The position numbers and the translations under genes are program-made. The notes under the pieces were generated by a model. It was given only the letters and a program-made list of their open reading frames with translations. It searched no databases and was not told where the DNA came from. From contig OX597828.1 in assembly GCA_951406725.2 (NCBI GenBank), positions 8,432,001-8,496,000 of the forward strand: a DNA stretch of 64,000 bases, read 5' to 3'. The first letter of the stretch is position 1, and each line of letters opens with the position of its first letter. Source of the DNA: Octopus vulgaris. Lineage: Eukaryota. Shown piece after piece: positions 24,407 to 40,199 of this stretch.

Positions 24407-26098
24407 ATAAACATTCTAAGTGAGGTGTGTAGTTGATCAACTCAGTTTAGTGTATTACTGATATTAACTTTATTGAGAAAAAAATTATAAGGCAAAATGT
24501 AATCCTTTGTAAGGAGAGAATCTCAACCGATTGCAACTTTCCCACAGATTACTTTTACTTCTTCGAAGTACTTTATTTTTTACTGTAAATTAAATTAATG
24601 CCGTTGCATTTAATGGTTCACGAAGCAAAATAATCAGTGGATGAAAAGATTAAAGATTCTGGTAAACCTAGCAGACAAGAAGGTTTTCATCCCGGTTGGA
24701 CGTTTGTTCATTTCAGTTATAAGGGTCAGAAATCTCTTACGATAATACGTCAAAGGCAGAGGTTCACGAGGGAAAAAAGGAGGTTCCAACGAGGCTTGAT
24801 ACATGAGAAAAGAAAAGAAATGAAGATGACAGGGTGCCTGTGGTTAGGTATACCATAAAGTAAATCCATGTCGAAGGACGAGAGGAACCATGAATTTTGA
24901 TTGCATCAAAAATATCATGGTTGCAGCTTCAACGACGACGAAATACACTGACTACCAATCTTGAGAATTTAAGAAAAAGCTGGTTCAAAGACAACAGATC
25001 CAAGTCACAACTGAAATTGTAGATATTTGTAAAACTCACCAAACTTTTATCATTTAAGTATGAAAGCGCTTGTTTAGATATGCAACTATATGTATGAGAA
25101 TTCATACATAAAACAAAACAAACAAATCTGCACATGCACTGACTCCAAAAACTGCATGTGTGCAAAAATACATGTAAAAACACCCTGTGGTTGTTGAATT
25201 TCGAATGAAGGCGAATTGGATCCAGGTTCGAAACCCAATCTTTCTTTATTAACAGGAAATCTTCAAATGTAACTGAATAACAACACGCATAAATGATGAG
25301 TTGAAGAGTGGTAGTGCGTCAAAATATGGGGTGCAATATTTACGCTGGTTTATGTTATTTTTCCTAATATAAAGTTCTACATTGATTTACCTTTCGCATT
25401 TCTTCGCTCCAGAATGGAAAATCCTATATACTCTTATAATATCGAACTTGTGCCTCATCCATTCAAAGCAATATAAATTTATAATTATTTTTGACGTATA
25501 ATCATAAATCACACCTGAAAAGAAAATCGTACAGGACACATTATTAATAGAATGAATAATCATAATAAAAAAATCATTTTGCCAAAAACAAAGTTATTTC
25601 GAATCGAGAAACTAAAAGTTTGAGATTCGCAAAGATTAAAAAGTCATTTAACACCTATACTATAACCAGATTTTGATTTTTTTTTCTGTGCAAATATAAA
25701 CAACACTTCGACACACTGATCATTTCGTAATCTAGGTGAAGAAAAAATTTACTTGAGTATAGTTCTATAAGATTCAGGTGATGAGATAAACAAGAGTTAT
25801 TAATAATTTGGCACGTTTAATTATCTCAATATACGGTATCAGTTTTCATTACAGAAATCTGCGAACAGTAATTATATATTCGTACAGAAATATAGCTTTG
25901 CACATTTTGCAATTCATAATTTTTATTAATTTTGTAATGTTTTTAAATCACAAAAATCGATACTTCGAAAGCTCTATTATATCTTGAATAGTTTAAGCGT
26001 GTATCCTAGACCTAAAGACCGATGCACACGTACATATACTTGCAGAGGTAGATGTGCGCGTTCGTTTGTTTGTGCACGCGCTGTGTGTAAGGGTTATG

Positions 26099-26139
<41 letters not shown>

Positions 26140-26416
26140 GAGAGAGAGAGAGAATGTGTGAAAGAGAGTGAAAGAGAGAAGAGAAGAAAGTGGAGTGAGA
26201 TCCTCCATCTGATTGGATTAATAATCACCTGCTACCGACAGAACAACATAGTTCATAAATCTTAACCTAGCGAGCGCTGATGCACTCTCATATATATGCA
26301 CATGTGTGTGTGTATGCACGCGCATCTGTGTTGTGCGTGTGTGTGAGTGTGTGCATATACATACATCGAGATATAAGTGCGCTAGTATTTGAATGTACAT
26401 AATATACATATACAGC

Positions 26417-26540
<124 letters not shown>

Positions 26541-26639
26541 TCCATATAGATTTAGACGTATATTTATATATATGCTTATACATACCTATATATATATGTG
26601 TGTGTGTGTGCGTGTACGTATGTATACATTTGTTATAAC

Positions 26640-27390
26640 CGATCCATTTTGAATTTAGGACATAAAAATTGCCGTTCGTATTTCTTTTATTTCCGGTACT
26701 CTACGGTTTATGTAAGTGGATGTTGGCGGTCCTCCATATGTTAAATTCTCGGAATCTTCACTCTTTTTCAATCGGCCATCGAGCAGAAGTACTGCCCTGT
26801 ACAGATACTCCTTTCGACTGAAAGTTTTCATATTTTTCTGCCTGGATATAGGCTTCTAACTACAGAGGGGCTGGGGTGATTTGAGCTTCTGTGAATGTAC
26901 ACATATTTTAAGTCGGAGGTTCCTGTAAAAGAAGTACTTGCCCGCCTGCAGATCAAGTCTCAGGTCTAGGAAGTCGACAGTAGTCTCAAGTTGGTTATGG
27001 CTGTTATGGTCAGGTCGAAATTTTGAATATTTTTATGAAGACCATCCTAAATTTGTCTATCGCCTGACCGAGGTTGACAAACCATCGTCCCTGTAAAGAG
27101 ATCAGTGATTTCGGCCCCGGCTTAGCTCCCTACAGAATCGTCGAACAGTGTCGATAAATAGGGTAGAAGTCCAAGATTTAAAAACTGTGTGCATCTGAAG
27201 TCGAATTTATTCATGATAATGCAGAATAGGTCGAACACAGCTGTGCTGGAAGACCATGGAATCTACCCTGATGAGTTGCTGGTACCGTGAAGGGACCTAC
27301 TTATATTGCCTATATTGTTTTTAGAGAGGTTGATCAGCCTGCATTCGGTGTTGATAGAAAACTGTATTTGGGACCTCCAGTATAAATCCT
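26640..27390 (-). pseudogene. Penelope-like element RT relic, Naiad/Chlamys-type
   Basis: Minus strand in order: [70 protein letters not shown]; internal deletions and frameshifts. Confidence 0.88.
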
Positions 27391-27454
27391 GCAAAATCGA
27401 AAGTACGAAGTATACACACACACACACACACACTTATATATATATATATATATA

Positions 27455-28054
<600 letters not shown>

Positions 28055-28705
28055 AATAATGCGTTAATTAGTAGAAAAGCTGTCGATCATCTAAGAAAGT
28101 ACGGATAGTCTTATAATTAAAAAAAAATACAAATGTTGTGAATACACCTACTCAGATTTTCTGGTCATTTATTCCTCTATTTTTCGCCCTGAAAACAAGA
28201 CCCTTTGTCAGTAGTCGTCTGAGCAGATAATGTTTACACAAGAGATGCTGGTAAAGAAGAAGACAAAAAAGAAAAGCAGAAGTGAGATAACCAACGTTAC
28301 AATAGTTCTATGTCAAGCACACGTAAACTAGATATTAATGGTTTACTAAGTGCCTGGTGTCCTAATTTTAAATTCCGACAACACTTTTTGAAACGCAGAG
28401 ATACAGAAAAAATCTTCTATATGCATTCGCCGAAAGGTCTCAAGCTTTTTAAGAGAAAGCAAATTCGAAATCAAATGGAAAATATTTTTCAAATCGAGAC
28501 CCCGTGTGAAGTGGAAAAAAATGTTCAGTATTTTCTCTTGAGAAACTGTATCAGGAAAAAATACCTATATCATAGGTATCACACTGTATCGGTCACTGTG
28601 ATTACCTTGTTTGTCTAGAGCGTTTCCAATGCGGTGCCTCACCATGGCCGAGGTCTAATGATTGAAACAAGAGAAAAGATGCAAGACATTCATACACAGA
28701 TACAC

Positions 28706-28759
<54 letters not shown>

Positions 28760-28781
28760 AGATGGATATACATACATATAT

Positions 28782-28882
<101 letters not shown>

Positions 28883-29099
28883 CGTTTGAATCTTTATGCA
28901 TGTATGTTTCTTTGGTTGCAAATTTTATAACATATGTTGACTGCATGGACTAGATTTAATACGAATAGTATTACGTAAAGCAAAGTGGTTATAATGCTTT
29001 TTTTTGTAGCACTTTTTTTTAACGTAGAACATATTCTAGTTGAACAGAACTTCACAATCGATATGTCACTTGGAAGTTGTGCAGATTTCAGCACAATAT

Positions 29100-29390
29100 G
29101 TTTCCAGCTTGCAGTAGAAGATTCGCCTATACGTAACTGGCCCTATATAACATGTAATAGGATAAAAACAGTTTATCTTCGTCTGCTAAGTCAGGCATTT
29201 TTAAAGAATGTATGTCAACATAGACAAAATATAGCAATCACAATGAAAATCTTAAATGGCATTTCACTATCTCAAGATACAGATTTCAAAATCTATCACA
29301 TGGTGCGTTGGTTCTTCAGGCTGGATTCTCTAATACATTTTTTTCCAAGAAGTAAACATGCCCAATTATGCCATTAACGAAAATATATTA
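29100..29390 (-). pseudogene. Possible very decayed PIF1/Helitron helicase C-terminal fragment
   Basis: Minus-strand NGIIGHV..LKNA*L..GQLRIGESS loosely resembles NG..G.V..SQGQ.L..AGL..HGQLYVACSR. Confidence 0.25.
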
Positions 29391-29507
29391 ATAAAGAATG
29401 TTATACCTGTGGGCAAACGTTTTAAAAATGTATAAACTTCAGTGTCATTGATTATTTAAAATGTTTAGTTGTACTAATTAAGCATCGCAGTGTCGTTAAC
29501 ATAAATG

Positions 29508-29554
<47 letters not shown>

Positions 29555-30399
29555 TGTGTGTGTGTGTGTATGTACTTATGTATGTATTTATGTATTATAT
29601 GTATAGACATATACATATGTGCATATACACATATATGGATATATGGATATCCATACATACACACACACATGTACATTCAAACAACTTTAGTGTTTTTCCT
29701 TTAAGAAATATTAATTTATCCGTTATTATTGTTATCTTCAGGCAGAGATAAAGATTAAGTTTCCAGCCGCAGACTATAGTAGATTTTTCACCAAAAAAAA
29801 GATGATTTAAAAAATATATTGAAATAAAACTAATTTAAAATGAGAGAAACAATTGACCTACGAGGGAAAGAATTACGATAATCTATACCATACATACATA
29901 ATTTCAAACAATCAAGGAAAAGTATGAGTACCAAAACAAAGAGGGTTCATCTGCGCGGTTGCTTGATCTTTTAGAAATAGCATCCCGTACCACATTAAAT
30001 CAAACCATTCGAAGATAAAATGGAAGAAGTTATGCCCATTGACGGTACATCACCATGTGTTTAACACCTTTCAGTACACGTGGTTTGTTCGAGTTATGAG
30101 AAATATACGCTAGTCATTCAACATTAAAACTGTACTGCAAATGAGACTGAGCAAATTAGTTCTTTGTAACATTACACTATCATTCACTGTTAAAACGAAA
30201 TGAGTAAGTGCCTCAGCTGTGAGTTCAGATGCACTGCAGGTTTGCCATATCTACCTTTCTCTCTGGACAGGGAAACAAAAATTGTGGAGTTACATATTCC
30301 TTTCACAATTACATATCCAGGTTACTTCGTACATTAATTGTAAAACTTGACTCAAATTTTTAACTTTGACAAAATACAACCGTGTTATGCGACTAAATC

Positions 30400-30746
<347 letters not shown>

Positions 30747-31959
30747 CATGGAAGAGTGAGAGAGAGAGATGGAATTTACAGAATTATTATTGAGAGAATA
30801 TCAGTAATGTAAAACACCGTGTATTCTTGTGGCAGGGCCCGATGTTACAGTTGATCGCTATTCTATATTATAAATCTGTGATTTTGCTCCAATATTACTG
30901 GTTTCTACACAGTGATATACATGAAAAGGCATAAATAATGGTCATTATATATTTTTCTTAATTGCAATAAATTCTACTTAGAACTGTTTCCATGAAGTAA
31001 TCTTTGCAAAAATGTTCAGAGATAAAAAAATGTAGATGAAACAGCTACGTGGTGGCGTAGAGAACATAGACGAACATAGCAACGACGTGAATGGCTCTAA
31101 ATCTATTCGACTAAAGGCGCAAAAACATGGGTTAGCAAGGTGTTCTTATTAATGGAACGCTAGATATTCTAGAAACTTCCAAAAGAAACGTTAAGCTTCT
31201 TGAATAATTAAGAATCGTGTATCATGACATATATGCTTCGAGAAAAATTAGAAAAGGAAAGTTACTCTATGATATTTCCTGTAAGGGAGATCATTCAACT
31301 ATTTATCTACCTATAACACTACAATACACACACACACACACCCACACACACACACACACACACACACATGCGCGCATGTATATGTAAATGTGCAGTATAA
31401 TTATATGATCTCAGACTACAGCTATCAGGCTCTTCTAACGGCTAAGATTCCACATAGTAATCCATTTCAAAATGTAATATAGAATGTCCGTCTAAAAGAA
31501 AAGTTCAAAAGATCCGACCGACGAAATTATTTCATGGGGAGGATATAGAACTATAAAGTCAGAAGTTATGAAAAGTGAATAAATATTTCTTTGACCACGT
31601 GACTTCCATAAGGTCAAGAATGTTTTGAAACCTTCTTCATTAAGTATTAATTTCAGTGTAGAAGAAATTATGCGTACATGTTTGCATCAATATGTATGCC
31701 AGGTTTCTTCATTCGAATTAATTTGTGAATATGCAAATGTATTCTATGATGCCGGAAATATATATTGATGCGTAAATGTTCGAATAACTTCACCCATACT
31801 GTAATAGTATATGAAGAACTTTGCGGTAGGGCTGTACAACAATGTAGGTAGGTGGTTAATTTACAATTATACGCGCGCCTTCACCCGCACGCACCCACTC
31901 ATGCGCACGCACACATACACACATATATATGTATTTATCAATCACACACATACACACAA

Positions 31960-32052
<93 letters not shown>

Positions 32053-32069
32053 TATATAATAGAATAAAA

Positions 32070-32318
32070 AAATGCGCCCTTTTAAAGCGTAGCCAGTCTC
32101 ATGGGCCTGGTTTCCTGGTTTCTATGGCGTATGTGTTCCCCAGCTGGACGGGACAGCAGTCCATCGCAGCGTTACTCATTTTTGCCAGCTGAGTGGACTG
32201 GAGCGACGCGAAATGAAGTGTTTTGCTCAAGTACACAACGCGTCACCCGGTCCAGGAATCGAAACCACAATCTTACGATCATAGTGCTGACACCGTAACC
32301 ACTAAGCCACGCGCCTTC
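32070..32318 (-). mobile_element. tRNA-derived SINE (head 2 + tail X)
   Basis: GGCGCGTGGCTTAGTGGTTA..GGTTTCGATTCCTGG head, TTGAGCAAAACACTTCATTTC..CTCCAGTCCACTCAGCTG centre; tail shared with 22500-22600. Confidence 0.88.
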
Positions 32319-32389
32319 ACACACACACACACACACACACGCACACACACAACATATATATGTATATACTTATGTTTATACACACACAT

Positions 32390-32730
32390 GCTGAGACCCC
32401 CTCTTCGGTCATGACTGACCATGGGATTGCACCCAGAAAGTTACACTCCTAGGCATAAGTCCGGGCGAGGTTGTTTTTATGGAAGACGAGTAGTCGCCAA
32501 TGCATACCGTCCTCCCCACTCCACGCCACCAGTGTTATCCAAGGGAAAGGCTAAGGGGCCGGGTCAGCTTGGCACCTGTGACGTCGCAACTCATTTCTAC
32601 AGCTGAGTGAACTGGAGCAACGTGAAATAAAGTGTCTTGCTCAAGAACACAGCACACAGCCCAGTCCGGAATTCGAACTCACAACCTCACGATTGTAAGC
32701 TCGACACTCTAACCACTGAGCCATGCGCAT
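32390..32730 (-). mobile_element. tRNA-derived SINE (head 2 + tail Z)
   Basis: GCGCATGGCTCAGTGGTTAGAG..GAGTTCGAATTCC head; same central domain as the 32070 copy; different tail. Confidence 0.88.
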
Positions 32731-34098
32731 TCACACACACACACACACACACACATTCATTGTATATATATATATATATATTCAAGTTCCTGATTTTCTC
32801 ATGTTCTACTGCTGCAACAGAGAAATGAAATCGTTTTAACTATCACAGAAATTTTACTCTACTGAATTAAAATGCATCACGGCATTCATTATAATGGAGC
32901 TGAAAATATTTTTTTTTGTTCCTTACTGATTGACCTATTCGATAACGAGATCTTTGTAACTATGTATTATGTAACCCAATATCACCTGTAAAATCATCGC
33001 ACGAATATCATAGGAATGTGTCGGTCCTGAAATGTACTTAAAATTATACGTCTGCCCTCGTACACACATTTGTGTATATAGGTTCTTTGTATAAAACTCA
33101 GTAAACATACCCCTCAAAGGAAATGATATATTTATATTCTCGTTGAAAATATCAAATCACATAGAAGACCGAAAATTATCATGTATTTCAAAAAGACAGA
33201 CGAATGTTTTGCTTAGAATAATTTATGTGAAATACAAGTCACAGCGAGAGAAGGCCACCATCAACATATTTAAGAGTATATGAATATATTTGAGATTGAA
33301 AATCCCATCGTAAAAGGAAGCACTTAACTACTTAACTCATGCCATGAATCAGAATAACATTTTCTTTCTTAACCAAAGAAAAAATGCACTAGTAGAAAAT
33401 GTCTCATATATTATAATAAACCATAATGTTTAGAGGTGCGTTGGGTGATAGTACCGGGCTAGGAAAATTATGTGGTTGTCTAAAGTTTTATCTCTCCTGG
33501 GAGGATTTTTAAATGTTACCTGAATGAAACTTTACTTTTTATCTTTTTGGAGTTGATAATATAAATACTGCATTACACAAATGTGGTAGACAGAAAATTT
33601 TTCTAGGCGCCAGAAAGAGCATTCTATTGTAACGTCTGTCACTTGTCTTTATTTTTTTTTTTTTTGCATTATGATAGGAATCAGCTCAACTCATATCTAT
33701 GTTGGCCGACGTAACATAAACATATTAAATTCAGTAATTTTTGTTGAATGCCAGTAGATTCTGTGGGTTTAGGTTGTGGAAGCTGCCGTTTCTGACTTAA
33801 AGGTTTTGTCAGATGGTGTTCAAATATTAGACGGTGGAAGACAAACTTAAAGAAGTGGCAGAATGGGTCACCCAAATCGGAATATTCAATAAGTTTGGAT
33901 CTGGGGTCTGTAGTCGACTATGTAATGTGTGCTGTTAGTGGATGCATAACTGGAAGGGCGTATCTGTATTTAGTTTACTAAGTAAGTATATGTCACGACA
34001 CATTCTTCGCACACAGGGGCGCTACCCAAGATTCTGCATAGGTGCTTTTACGTTTTAAATGCCTGATGGTTTAGGATACTCAAAATCGTATTGCATAA

Positions 34099-34209
<111 letters not shown>

Positions 34210-34210
34210 G

Positions 34211-34245
<35 letters not shown>

Positions 34246-34486
34246 AATATAAGTATATATGTGAATAATCATACCAACACACATACACAAGCACACATAT
34301 ACGAGTGTGTGAACAAAGGGAAGAAAGTCATTCATTTAATTTATTGAGAATTACATGAAGGGATCAAAAGAGTTTGATTCAAAATTGTATAAAAAAACAG
34401 ATAGGTGAGGAAAGGAGAAACAGATGTAACAGTTTGTGAGGTATATATATAGATATACAAATGAAGATATATATATATACAAATAA

Positions 34487-34521
<35 letters not shown>

Positions 34522-34529
34522 TATACCAA

Positions 34530-34669
34530 CAGTTTGATTCAATTTCGTTGTACTCTTGAGTTTCAAGCGGTATGCTAGTCGTGAGCCATTTTTGAATTTG
34601 AAGTCAAAATGGCTGACGACTAGCATCACGCTTCAATATCAAGAGTACCAACGAATTTGAATCAAACTG
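34530..34669. repeat. ~140 bp near-perfect palindrome (hairpin/MITE-like) inside (TA)n
   Basis: CAGTTTGATTCAATTTCGTTGTACTCTTGA..GCTAGTCGTGAGCCATTTT mirrored by AAAATGGCTGACGACTAGC..TCAAGAGTACCAACGAATTTGAATCAAACTG. Confidence 0.93.
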
Positions 34670-34702
34670 CTTTGATAATTATATATACATATATATATAT
34701 AC

Positions 34703-34824
<122 letters not shown>

Positions 34825-35325
34825 CACGGTCGGGTCGTCGGCGACTAAACCGGCAACCCTACCAAGCTTGCTTGGTGAGGAGGGTGTTTATTGGACACCC
34901 TGCGGGATGAAAAACAAAACCTGTCAAAGGGCGGAGGAAGTCTTGAGAGTCAATGGCCATTCTATAATTGTCTTGAGGCTGTATCATGCACAGGGACATA
35001 GAAATAATCGGACTGAATACCCGATCACGAGGTTAAACCATTGGTAGTGAAGGACTCCTAGCCTTTGTTAGGGCATCCTTGTAGGAAAAGGTACCTCAGA
35101 TAACTGGGATAACTCCGATGTAGAACCTGCGGCTCAGTGGTTACCGATGATGTTGACTTGTTCTTCTTTTCGGATTATGGCTGATGTTGTTTAATGAGTG
35201 GGATTGACTCAGTGCACAGCCTTTCCTCACTTTAAAAAAAAAATCTTGCACAGGCATTGCACGATAACAACATTGATTAAGCTTCGTGCAATTGCCATAC
35301 TCGATAATGAGGGGGCAGCCACCAT
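34825..35325 (+). mobile_element. Non-coding retroposon-like insertion resembling an RTE 5' UTR, with (ATGT)n tail
   Basis: GC-richer 0.5 kb block between (TA)n tracts; GAGTCAATGGCCAT and GCCTTTCCTCACTTTAAAAAA..TCTTGCACAGG recall RTE leaders from memory; no ORF. Confidence 0.5.
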
Positions 35326-35378
35326 GTATGTATGTAATTATGTATGTATGTATGTATGTATGTATGTATATATGTATG

Positions 35379-35472
<94 letters not shown>

Positions 35473-38400
35473 TAGATAGATATACATATATAATGCCTGT
35501 CAAACTGTTTCTTCTTTCCTCACCTATTTGTTTTTTATACAATTTTGAACCATGCGCGCGTGTGTATATACAGATCTTCCTGCATTACGCATCAATTCAT
35601 ATATGCATGTTTCTGTGGATACGAATGATGTGAAATGTTTCAGATGTTCGCTTTCTAATTCTGACAATCTTAATGTCTGATTGATATACTTGCTATGAAG
35701 GGCAACTGTTTCTTTTTTTTGCCATTGTCGCCGACCCAAACCTCCCAAATAAAATGAAATTGTCGTACAAACCCATCTGACGGAATCGACCTGTATTTTA
35801 GCATGCCACAGTTGTATCATTTTGTAACACGCTCACTTTGCCTCGCCGTTACGTGAACCTTATACATGCCATTGAAATCAGTTACTGACACGCTGGTTGA
35901 AAAGCACTTCACTCGATCTAACAACTGAATATGTATTCGTTGCAAACGACAGACATCCCAATCATGTATGTATGCCTCTAAGTAAGGATGATTATAGAGA
36001 TGTATTATAGATTTACCATAACGTGTACTTTCTAAGATGTATGAAAATGGACGTGCGAAAATAACCTTTGGAGAAATTAGCGCCCCGAAGTGGAGTAAGG
36101 TCAAACTGTGACTGCCTGATTCGAATTATACTTCCGAAAAATCTGTCACACGCAGTGCCTCAATGCACTTTACACGATGACATCATGAATTTGAAACTAT
36201 GACGACATAATCATACTTATTTCGATGCTGGATATCTCTTAAGTGGATTCCAGAGACTTGTCTAAGCGCTTAATTTGTTTTAGTTTTCTAGCTAAAGTAA
36301 GTTCGTTATTCATCAAATGGGATTAACACGTTGTTCAATCTATTATAGGTTCGGACAAAACCAAAGAGCAGCGCTTAAAAGGGGTCAGCTACTGTGAACT
36401 TACTTGCCAATCAGAGCGTAGAAAACATACGTAACAATAGCAGTATAAAAAGGATGTAAAGAAAAGCACTAGTGTTCATGCACGCACGCACACACACACG
36501 CACACACACGCACGCGCACACACATACACACACACACACACACACAAAGCAACCACAGACATACATACGCTCGTATGTTTTCTATACATATGCTTATATA
36601 CGTAAAACAAGCATTTATGTATTTGTTAAGGAAACGTATAAAACTGCATTTTTTTCTTGGTATGTAGTATGTATATAGATCAGATAAGGTTGTCTATAGA
36701 TATACACAAAATCAAGCTCACGTCATTGCGTACGTACACACATACGCACAAGCACACACACATAAATACTCAAATATATTGCGTGTTCACAAAACTGCAT
36801 AAATAATATACATAAACTGTTTGAAAGGAAGTACATATATATATATATCTCATGGTCACGACAGCACAGTATGTATGGGAAGTTACAACTGTTTTAATCA
36901 ATTGTCGAATTAGATGAAACCCATAGCGCTTAAATTATAAAACGAGGAAAAGATATGCGGGTATAATACATTGATGTAAAATTAGAATGCAAATGCGAAA
37001 TACAAGATCGCGCTTCGGGTGGCGTTGAGATTCATCATTCTCTGCTTAGACGTGGGAAGATTTTGTCGGAGGAAAGAAACTATTTTAGCAGCCATTGCAC
37101 CATATATGACGGGGATGCACGCTCTCGAATTTCTATGTTATCTTAGACTATATTTTGTAAGCAGCTTTCTAACACACAACATATACACATAGCTTATCCA
37201 AAGGATGAATTATATATACATGTATGTATGTATGTGTGTGTGTGTATGTGTGTGTGTGTGAGAGAGAGAAATTGTACGTGTATGCATTTGTGTCTCTGTG
37301 AGTGCGTATGAGTTTATGAATACATAGTGTAGTTGAATAAATGTAGTTTTAGTTTCTATTTCAGGATTGGTAGAACTTTAACGTTGCTTTATCATCATAA
37401 TAATCTTCATCATCGTCATCGTCATCGTCATCTTTTTCGTCATTTAACCTCGGATTTCCATGCTGTCATGCGTATATAAACACGCAGATATCTGCAAGAT
37501 CATCAGCATAGTCAGTCGCTTACAAAACACAATTTCCAGAACTAGATACAGAACGCTCAACCGAAATCGATCATGTATATAGTTCTATAAAATATATTTG
37601 GGTGTATTTTTCAAATGTCTTCACTTTGGCTTGCTGAGACCGGAAATTACTCTGCAGTTAATAAATTCCAGTAACCAATTTACTGGTTAGAGAACATTTT
37701 ATTTAAAATTAAATAATAAGGGTAGAAATTGATATTAATCAATTAAAATGCGTTTTGCTGAGATTTTTTTCCTGAGAACACATTCTTCGTGGTAATGAAG
37801 ATTTGACGTTTATGTTTAGCATATAGGGTGTCCACTTTAGTGGTCATACCTCTTAATTTTGTATATATATATACATATTTTTATATGAAATACACTATGG
37901 TATTTGGTAAAAAACTTCTTGGTCAGTGATTTGAATGGGTCGATCGGACAACGATTCTGTAATACGGAGTGACGGTTTCGGGTTAATATTGTTACCAGCT
38001 GTAGAGCAGCTGGGTAGTTTATAAGGGATATGTAACAATAAATATCATATATAGACAGAAACGTGATCATTATTTCTTTGTAGTTTTATTAAGAGAGTGG
38101 AAAATGTCCGTGAGCAAGTAGAACCTTTCAAAATTCGGGCAAAATCACAACATACTTATATTCTATCTAAAAAGAATGTGATATACTGATAAACTGCTAA
38201 AATAGTGGTCGCTACGATGACAGTTCATTTATTCGAAAACACAATCACATCTATAGGGTATATCAGTATTAAAAATATGCTGGACACATCGAGCAATTTA
38301 GACGTCAGTAATATGTTTTTAAATGCAGACATGATACTTGAATCAAACATCGTTTACAATATGAATGAGCGTTCGTTACTGACCTTATACTAACTTATAG

Positions 38401-40199
38401 AGCATGACCAGATTTGACTGCCAAATTACTAAAACAAAGTTAAATAATTGGACAGAAAGTATAAAACAAGATGGGGATGTTGCCAGAATGGAGCAACAGT
38501 AATGGTCAAAAACATATTTTGCTATAATCACATACTTTTTAGGGTTTTATATTTTCCTATGTATTTTAAAATTATGCGATTAAGATATGATTTGAAGGGA
38601 TGTTTGTGCGTATTTATAACATAAGAAGTGAAGTGTATAAGATTTGGCATTGTTCTGTAATCATTCAATATGAAGGTCTGGGAAGTTAGTTAAGGGTGAG
38701 ATAGAGATAGGTACAAAGAGAATGGGTGAGCGAGTGAGAAAAAGGGACACTTTGAAAACTATTTAGCATAACAACTTCAAATGGTTGGCGAGTTATTAAA
38801 CAATAACAAAAAAATGTACATTTATGTATACATTTCAAAACATATGACTGAGTGTAGAAATGTGTGCATGGCTCTAATGTTTATTTTTGGTGTCAAAGTT
38901 AAAGGAAGACTACCGACATTTGGACTTTAATTAGTGTGCTCAGTGAAGGCCATGTGCCTATAGACTGTCTTTAAGAAATGGAAAGACGAAGAGAAAGAGA
39001 GTGAGAGAAGGGGAGGGAGAAAGAGAGTGACAGAGAGACTGTGTGCAACAGAATATGAGAGGAAGTAAGAATGAGAATTAAACTAGAAGACAAGAGAAGA
39101 GCGATAAATACAATGTGATGTGTGTCTGCGTCAATTTCTCTGTGTATACACGTACACAGTCGGGAAATGGCATATATACAATACCCACTCGCTCTCTCTA
39201 TCTCTCTCTTTCACACACACACACACACATACACACACACAATTCTGTTTCATTACATGTGTGTGTACGTATGTATATATGTGTGTATGAATACGTGTGT
39301 GTGTGCGTATGTATGTGTGTGTACGAATACGTGTGTGTGTCTAATTCATACATTCATGTATGTGTTTAGTCGCAGCCGCAGCAAAAGTAAGGGCAGCAAA
39401 AGTGAGAAAGGGAATAAAAGTGAAAGTAAAACAAATTGAAAATGTAAGAGAGAGAGAGAGAGAGTGGGGGGAAAAGGAGTGAGAGAGAGACAAAAGGTCC
39501 ATTTACAGATAGACCTGAATGTAACTGATAAGTAAATTATATGCTATATGAACCGTTGTGTAATGTATTTTATTGCATTACTAATGATTATGTGCCAATA
39601 TTAATACATGACTGAGTGGCTAAATAATACACATCCATGAATTAGACAAAAATAATATTCTGATAGATATACACGCTTGATTTTATGTATTGGGCATAAT
39701 CTCCTCAAAATACGGCGCTTCGAGATATACGAACAGCCGGTAGCTTCCGAATGAACACACGCACATACAATATATACGCACAAACTAACACGCGAACACA
39801 CCTACATCTACTTATATACACGCGTGTACACATTCACATATTTATCTATGGTGGTTAGGTCTTATATATATGTCTGTGTATGTATGAGTTATTGTTGGGT
39901 GCCAATGCCCTGGATATATTAACATATGTTCAATTTTTTTAATAAATCCGTTTGGATATAGGTATGGAAAAATCGACACTATAAACTTCTCCATAGCTTT
40001 TCAACGACACCGAAACAAAAATCATATTGCCCTCCAATCGCCTTAAGCATAATAATTCAATTTGTTTTTTTCAACTGTTCATTCACCTCATTCAGAGTAG
40101 CTAACAATTGTTGTTAGGTTTTTGTTATCCTCATTTGTCTGCGAATCACATTTTAACATGTAAGAATTTATCATGCACACAGTTCAGCACACCTTACCA

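Noticed and set aside
25195-25250. Hammerhead-like CGAATGA..GAAAC (similar weak cases at ~19420 and ~28185-28215)
   Set aside because: Core too divergent and helices not convincingly pairable.
31025-31070. NVDETATWW resembling the pogo/Tigger N.DETG motif
   Set aside because: Single short motif with no other supporting transposase blocks.
39370-39443. Possible 74 bp exon (TTAG..GTAAG, one open frame AAAAKVRAAKVRKG..)
   Set aside because: Low complexity, weak polypyrimidine tract, no recognisable protein and no partner exons.
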